Shown here in pieces: positions 58,944 to 64,000 of a DNA stretch of 64,000 nt. Below the pieces are notes generated by a model. That model ran no database searches. It was not told where the DNA came from and was given only the letters and a program-made list of their open reading frames with translations. Both the position numbers and the translations under genes were made by a program. Numbering within the stretch: the first letter of the stretch is position 1; every line of letters begins with the position of its first letter. The stretch comes from Mobula hypostoma (taxonomy: Eukaryota): positions 116,810,001-116,874,000 of the forward strand of contig NC_086107.1 in the NCBI RefSeq assembly GCF_963921235.1. Direction: 5' to 3'.

Positions 58944-61900
58944 TCTTTCAATCTTTTTTTTTATTGATTTAAAAGAATAAGGATAAATACAAACCAGAGG
59001 AGAGGTTATCTCAAATACATATTTCAATAATAGTACAAAGAGAGGAATATACACTGTCAAAATCATATATAGTATTAAGCTAATATAAAGAGAGAAAAGA
59101 ACCACTTCTCCTCTTATCAGTTCATAGAAAAAAAAAGACTCAAGATTTCTGTTATTGAGAAACAAAAAACCCCGCAAAACTAACCTAAAACTGAAAAAAA
59201 GGGGGACTGGGCAGTCCATTTTGAGGATGCAGTTAAAAAAAGGGAAAATCCTTCTGGTCAAATGTAAAACTTTGTGGAGAAGAAAAAAAAACTAATTGGA
59301 AAAGTAAAAAGAATTAGATCATATGAAAATATTGAATAAAAGGTTGCCAAGTTTGCTCAAATTTAAAAGATGTATCAAACGTCCGACTCCTAATTTTCTC
59401 CAAACTTAAACATGACATAATGGAGGAGAGCCAAAAAAAACAGTAGGTGGATTGGGATCCTTCCAGTACAATAGAACAGCTCACCTAGCTAATAAATTTG
59501 AGAAAGCTATCATGCGTTGAGCGGAAGCAGGAATGCTTCCTTCTTCTGTTGGGATAATCCCAAAGATTGACGTAAATGAATTAGGTTGTAGGTCCAGACC
59601 TACGACTTTTGATAACATTCTAAAAATATCTCTCCAAAAATTATTTAACTTTATGCAGGACCAAAACATATGGGTTAAGGTGGCCACCTCAGTGTTGCAT
59701 CTATCACAGGTAGGATTTATATTAGAAAAACTATGCGCTAGTTTATCTTTTGACATATGTGCCCTGTGCACTACCTTGAGCTGAATCAAGGAGTGATGGG
59801 CACAGATAGTTGAACTATTAACTAAATGACAAATTTTATTCCATTGTTTATCTGAAAGTGACACTTGAAGTTCCAATTCCCAAGCACGTTTAACCTTATC
59901 ATTAGACATCATTTGTAAATCCAATAGCCGTTTATATATGATGGCTATCAATCCTTTTTGGAATGGTTTAAGCTGAAAGATAACATCTATCGTATTTGGT
60001 AAATGAGCAAATGGGTAATTCGGTAACAAATCACATAAAAAATTCCTAACTTGTAAATATCTAAAAAATTGTGCATTAGATAAATCATATTTGTCCACTA
60101 GCTGCGAAATAGACATTAAACAATCCTCTAAAAACAAATCTAAAGAAGTTTTTATTCCCTTAGTTTTCCATGTTAAAAAGGCCTTATCTAAAATTGATGG
60201 TTTAAAAAAATAGTTAAAATGGATATTACCAGAAAGAGCAAAGTTATTTAAGTCAAAAGATCTGCGAAACTGAAACCAAATTTTTGATGTATGTCTAACA
60301 ATGGGACTAACATCATGTCTACCAATCTTAGAAAACAAAAAGGGAAGAGGAGCTCCCAGCAAAGAAGCCAAAGAGAACTCCTTTACCGAGTTCTCCTCCA
60401 AGTCCAACCACGAAGGACAGTCCTGTGTATCTATACAGTGAATCCAAAAAGTAATATAACGAATATTAATTGCCCAATAATAGAATCTAAAGTTTGGTAA
60501 AGCCAAGCTACCATCTTTTTTAAATTTTTACAGTAAAGGTTTACTCACTCTAGAGCTTTTATTATTCCAGATATATGACAAGATCATAGAATCTATTCTA
60601 TCAAAAAACGTTTTCGGGACAAAGGGTGGAACAGCTTGAAGCGTGTATAAAAATTTCGGTAAAATTGTCATTTTTATAGCATTTATTTGACCAATTAATG
60701 ACATCGTCATAGGCGACCATTTGGAAAGCATTTGTTGTGTATATTGATTTAAAGGAAGAAAATTATATTTATATAAATCTTTAAAATTTTTAGTAACTTT
60801 AAGATAGGTAAAATAATTTTTAGCAATAGTAAAAGGTATTTGATCATATTGGTCCGAATAATTATTAATAGGAAATAACTCACTTTTAAGTAAATTTAAC
60901 TTATATCCAGAGAAAGTACTAAATTCAGTAAATATGGATAACGTAGAAGGAATAGATTTTCTAGGGTCTGAAATGTAAACTAATAAATTATCTGCATACA
61001 ACAAAACCTTATGTACTTTATCCCCTCTCTTAATACCCTGAACAAAAAGTTGGAATCCCTAAGAGCGATAGCAAGTCGTTCTAAAGCCAAATTAAATAAT
61101 AAAGGACCAAGAGGACAACCCTGACCGGTTCCTCTATATAGTCTAAAATAAGGAGATTTTTGATTGTTAGTTATAACTGCAGGCATCGGGGCTTGATAGA
61201 TCAGTTTGATCCAGGAAATAAATCCCGGACCAAAATTAAATCTCTCCAATACCTGAAATAAATAAGGCCATTCCACCCTATCAAAGGCTTTCTCTGCATC
61301 AAGAGAGACAATACATTCAGATTCTTTAACTGAGGGAGAATAAATAATATTTAACAATTTTGAATATTAAAATGTGAATACCTATTTTTAATAAATCCAG
61401 TTTGATCATTTTTGGCATGTCGCAAAGGTAATTCTACGGTTGTTATGGGGGATTTCAACATGCAGGTAGACTGGGAAAATCAAGTTGGTACTGGGACCCC
61501 AAGAAAGGGAGTTTGTGGAATGCCTCAGAGATGGATTCTTAGAACAGCTTGTGTTAGAGTCTACCACGGAGAAGGCAATTCTGGATTTAGTGTTGTGTAA
61601 TGAGCCAGATTTGATAAGGGAACTCAAGGTAAAGGAGCCATTAGGAGGTAGTGACCATAATATGATAAGTTTTAATCTACAATTTGAGAGGGAGAAGGGA
61701 AGATCGGAAGTGTCAGTATTACAGTTGAACAAAGGGGACAATGGACCCATGAGGGAGGAGCTGGCCAAAGTTGACTGGAAAGATACCCTAGCAGGGATGA
61801 CAGTGGAACAACAATGGCAGGTATTTCTGGGAATAATACAGAAGATGGAGGATCAGTTCATTCCAAAGAGGAGGAAAGATTCTGAGGGGAGTAAGAAGCG

Positions 61901-64000
61901 ACTGTGGATGACAAGGGAAGTCAAGGAAAGTACAAAAATAAAAGAGAGGAAGTATAACATAGCAAGGATGAGTGGGAAGCCAGAGGATTGGAAGACTTTT
62001 AAGGAGCAACAGAAGATAACTAAAAAGGCAATACGGGGGGGAAAAGATGAGGTACGAAGGTAAGCTAGCCAAGAATATAAAGGAGGATAGTAAAAGCTTC
62101 TTTAGGTATGTGAAGAGGAAAAAATTAGTTAAGACCAAAGTTAGGCCCTTGAAGACAGAAACAGGTGAAATTATTATGGGGAACAAGGAAATGACAGACG
62201 AGCTGAACAGGTACTTTGGATCTGTCTTCACTAGGGAAGACACAAACAATCTCCCAGATGTAATAGTGGCCAGAGGACCTAGGGTAACGGAGGAACTGAA
62301 GGAAATTCACATTAGGCAGAAAATGGTGTTGGATAGACTGATGGGACTGAAGGCTGATAAATCCCCAGGGCCTGATGGTCTGCATCCCAGGGTACTTAAG
62401 GAGGTGGCTCTGGAAATCATGGACACATTGGTAATCATTTTCCAATGTTCTATAGATTCAGGATCAGTTCCTGCAGATTGGAGGGTAGCTAATGTTATCC
62501 CACTTTTTAAGAAAGGAGGGAGAGAGAAAACAGGGGATTATAGACCAGTTAGTCTGACATCAGTGGTGGGGAAGATGCTGGAATCAATTATAAAAGATGA
62601 AATAGCGGCATATTTGGATAGCAGTGGCAGGATAGGTCCGAGTCAGCATGGATTTACGAAGGGGAAATCCTGCTTCACTAATCTTCTGGGATTTTTTGAG
62701 AATGTAACTATGAAAATGGACATGGGAAAACCAGTGGATGTAGTGTACCTGGACTTTCAGAAAGCCTTTGATAAGGTCCCACATAGGAGGCTAGTGTGCA
62801 AAATTAGAGCAAATGGTATTGGGGGTAGGGTGCTGACATGGATAGAAAATTGGTTGGCAGACAGGAAACAAAGAGTAGGGATTAACGGGTCCTTTTCAGA
62901 ATGGCAGGCAGTGACTAGCGGGGTACTGCAAGGCTTAGTGCTGGGACCGCAGCTATATACAATATTCATTAATGATTTAGATGAAGGGATTAAAAGTAAC
63001 ATTAGCAAATTTGCAGATGACACAACGCTGGGTGGCAGTGTGAAATGTGAGGAGGATGATATGAGAATGCAGGGTGACTTGGACAGGTTGGGTGAGTGGG
63101 CAGATGCAGATGCAGTTTAATGTGGATAAATGTGAGGTTATCTACTTTGGTGGCAAGAACAGGAAGGCAGATTACTATCGGAAAAGGGGAAGTACAACGA
63201 GATCTAGGCGTCCTTGTTCATCAGTCACTCAAAGTAAGCATGCAGGTACAGCAGGCAGTGAAGAAGCTAATGGCATGTTGGCCTTTATAACAAGGGGATT
63301 TGAGTATAGGAGCAAAGAGGTCCTTCTGCAGTTGTACAGGGCCCTGGTGAGACCACACCTGGAGTATTGTGTACAGTTTTAGTCTCCAGATTTGAGGAAG
63401 GACATTCTTGCTATTGAGAGAGTGCAGCGTAGGTTCACGAGGTTAATTCCCGGGATGGTGGGACTGTCATATGTTGAAAGATTGGAGCAACTGGGGTTGT
63501 ATACACTGGAATTTAGAAAAATGAGAGGGAATCTGATTGAAACATATAAGATTATTAAGGGACTGGACACACTAGAGGCAGGAAACATGTTCCCAATGTT
63601 GGGGGAGTCCAGAACCAGAGGCCAGTTTTAGAATAAGGGGTGGACAATTTAGAATGAAGTTGAGGAAAAACTTTTTCACACAGAGGGGTGCTGGTTCTGT
63701 GGAATGCTCTGCCTCAGAAGGCAGTGGAGGCCAATTCTCTGGATTCTTTCAAGAAAGAGTTAGATAGAGCTCTTAAAGATAGCGGAGTGAAGGGGTATGG
63801 GGAGAAGGCAGGAAAAGGGTACTGATTGTGGATGATCAGCCATGATTACAGTGAATGGTGGTGCTGGCTGGAAGGGCTGAATTGCCTACTCCTGCACCTA
63901 TTGTCTATTGTCTATAATCTATTTGAAATAACAGTAGGCAAAATATTCTCAAGCCTATTAGCCAGAATCTTAGAGAGTATTTTAAAGTCCACATTCAATA
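58944..64000 (-). mobile_element. L1/Tx1-group LINE ORF2 pseudogene, AT-rich, split by a CR1 (pieces 58944-61410 and 63917-64000)
   Basis: LDAEKAFDRVEW, RGTGQGCPL, LYADNLL, FSGYKLN, CDRC..ATLTHMFWSC; polyA at ~58953; LLNVDFKILSKILANRL at the window end joins DQTGF at ~61400. Confidence 0.92.
61411..63915 (+). mobile_element. 5'-truncated CR1 inserted in the L1
   Basis: ORFs 61412-63631 carry APE and RT motifs; (ctattgt)n tail. Confidence 0.95.

Noticed and set aside
62047..63120. Active CR1 ORF2
   Set aside because: The element is 5'-truncated and frameshifted; no intact autonomous retroelement is present in the window.

Overview
This is vertebrate genomic DNA, most likely from a cartilaginous fish (ray or shark), judged from its repeat content: CR1 LINEs, a V-SINE-like element and Neptune-type Penelope elements. 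It holds one convincing host gene, a single-coding-exon type I membrane mucin (16441-17682) whose cytoplasmic motifs match CD43/leukosialin (SPN). A probable non-coding first exon/promoter near 4.3-4.4 kb is separated from it by an intron filled by an ~11.7 kb, 23-bp minisatellite, and a polyA signal lies at 18929. The rest is nested, mostly decayed mobile DNA: CR1, Rex1/Babar-like, L2, L1/Tx1, R4/Dong and mariner/Tc1/hAT MITEs. The highlights are: (i) five minimal hammerhead ribozymes carried by a Neptune-clade Penelope element and by three tiny (~135-165 bp) ribozyme-only insertions; (ii) an AcademX DNA transposon (transposase + XPG nuclease + Cys8) with bipartite TIRs whose spacers are asymmetric (21 vs 12 bp); (iii) a five-level nested insertion series spanning ~20 kb; (iv) satellites that appear to have arisen from retroelement sequence. 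Family assignments come from motif recognition only, with no database search, and repeat boundaries are approximate unless TSDs or TIRs are quoted.
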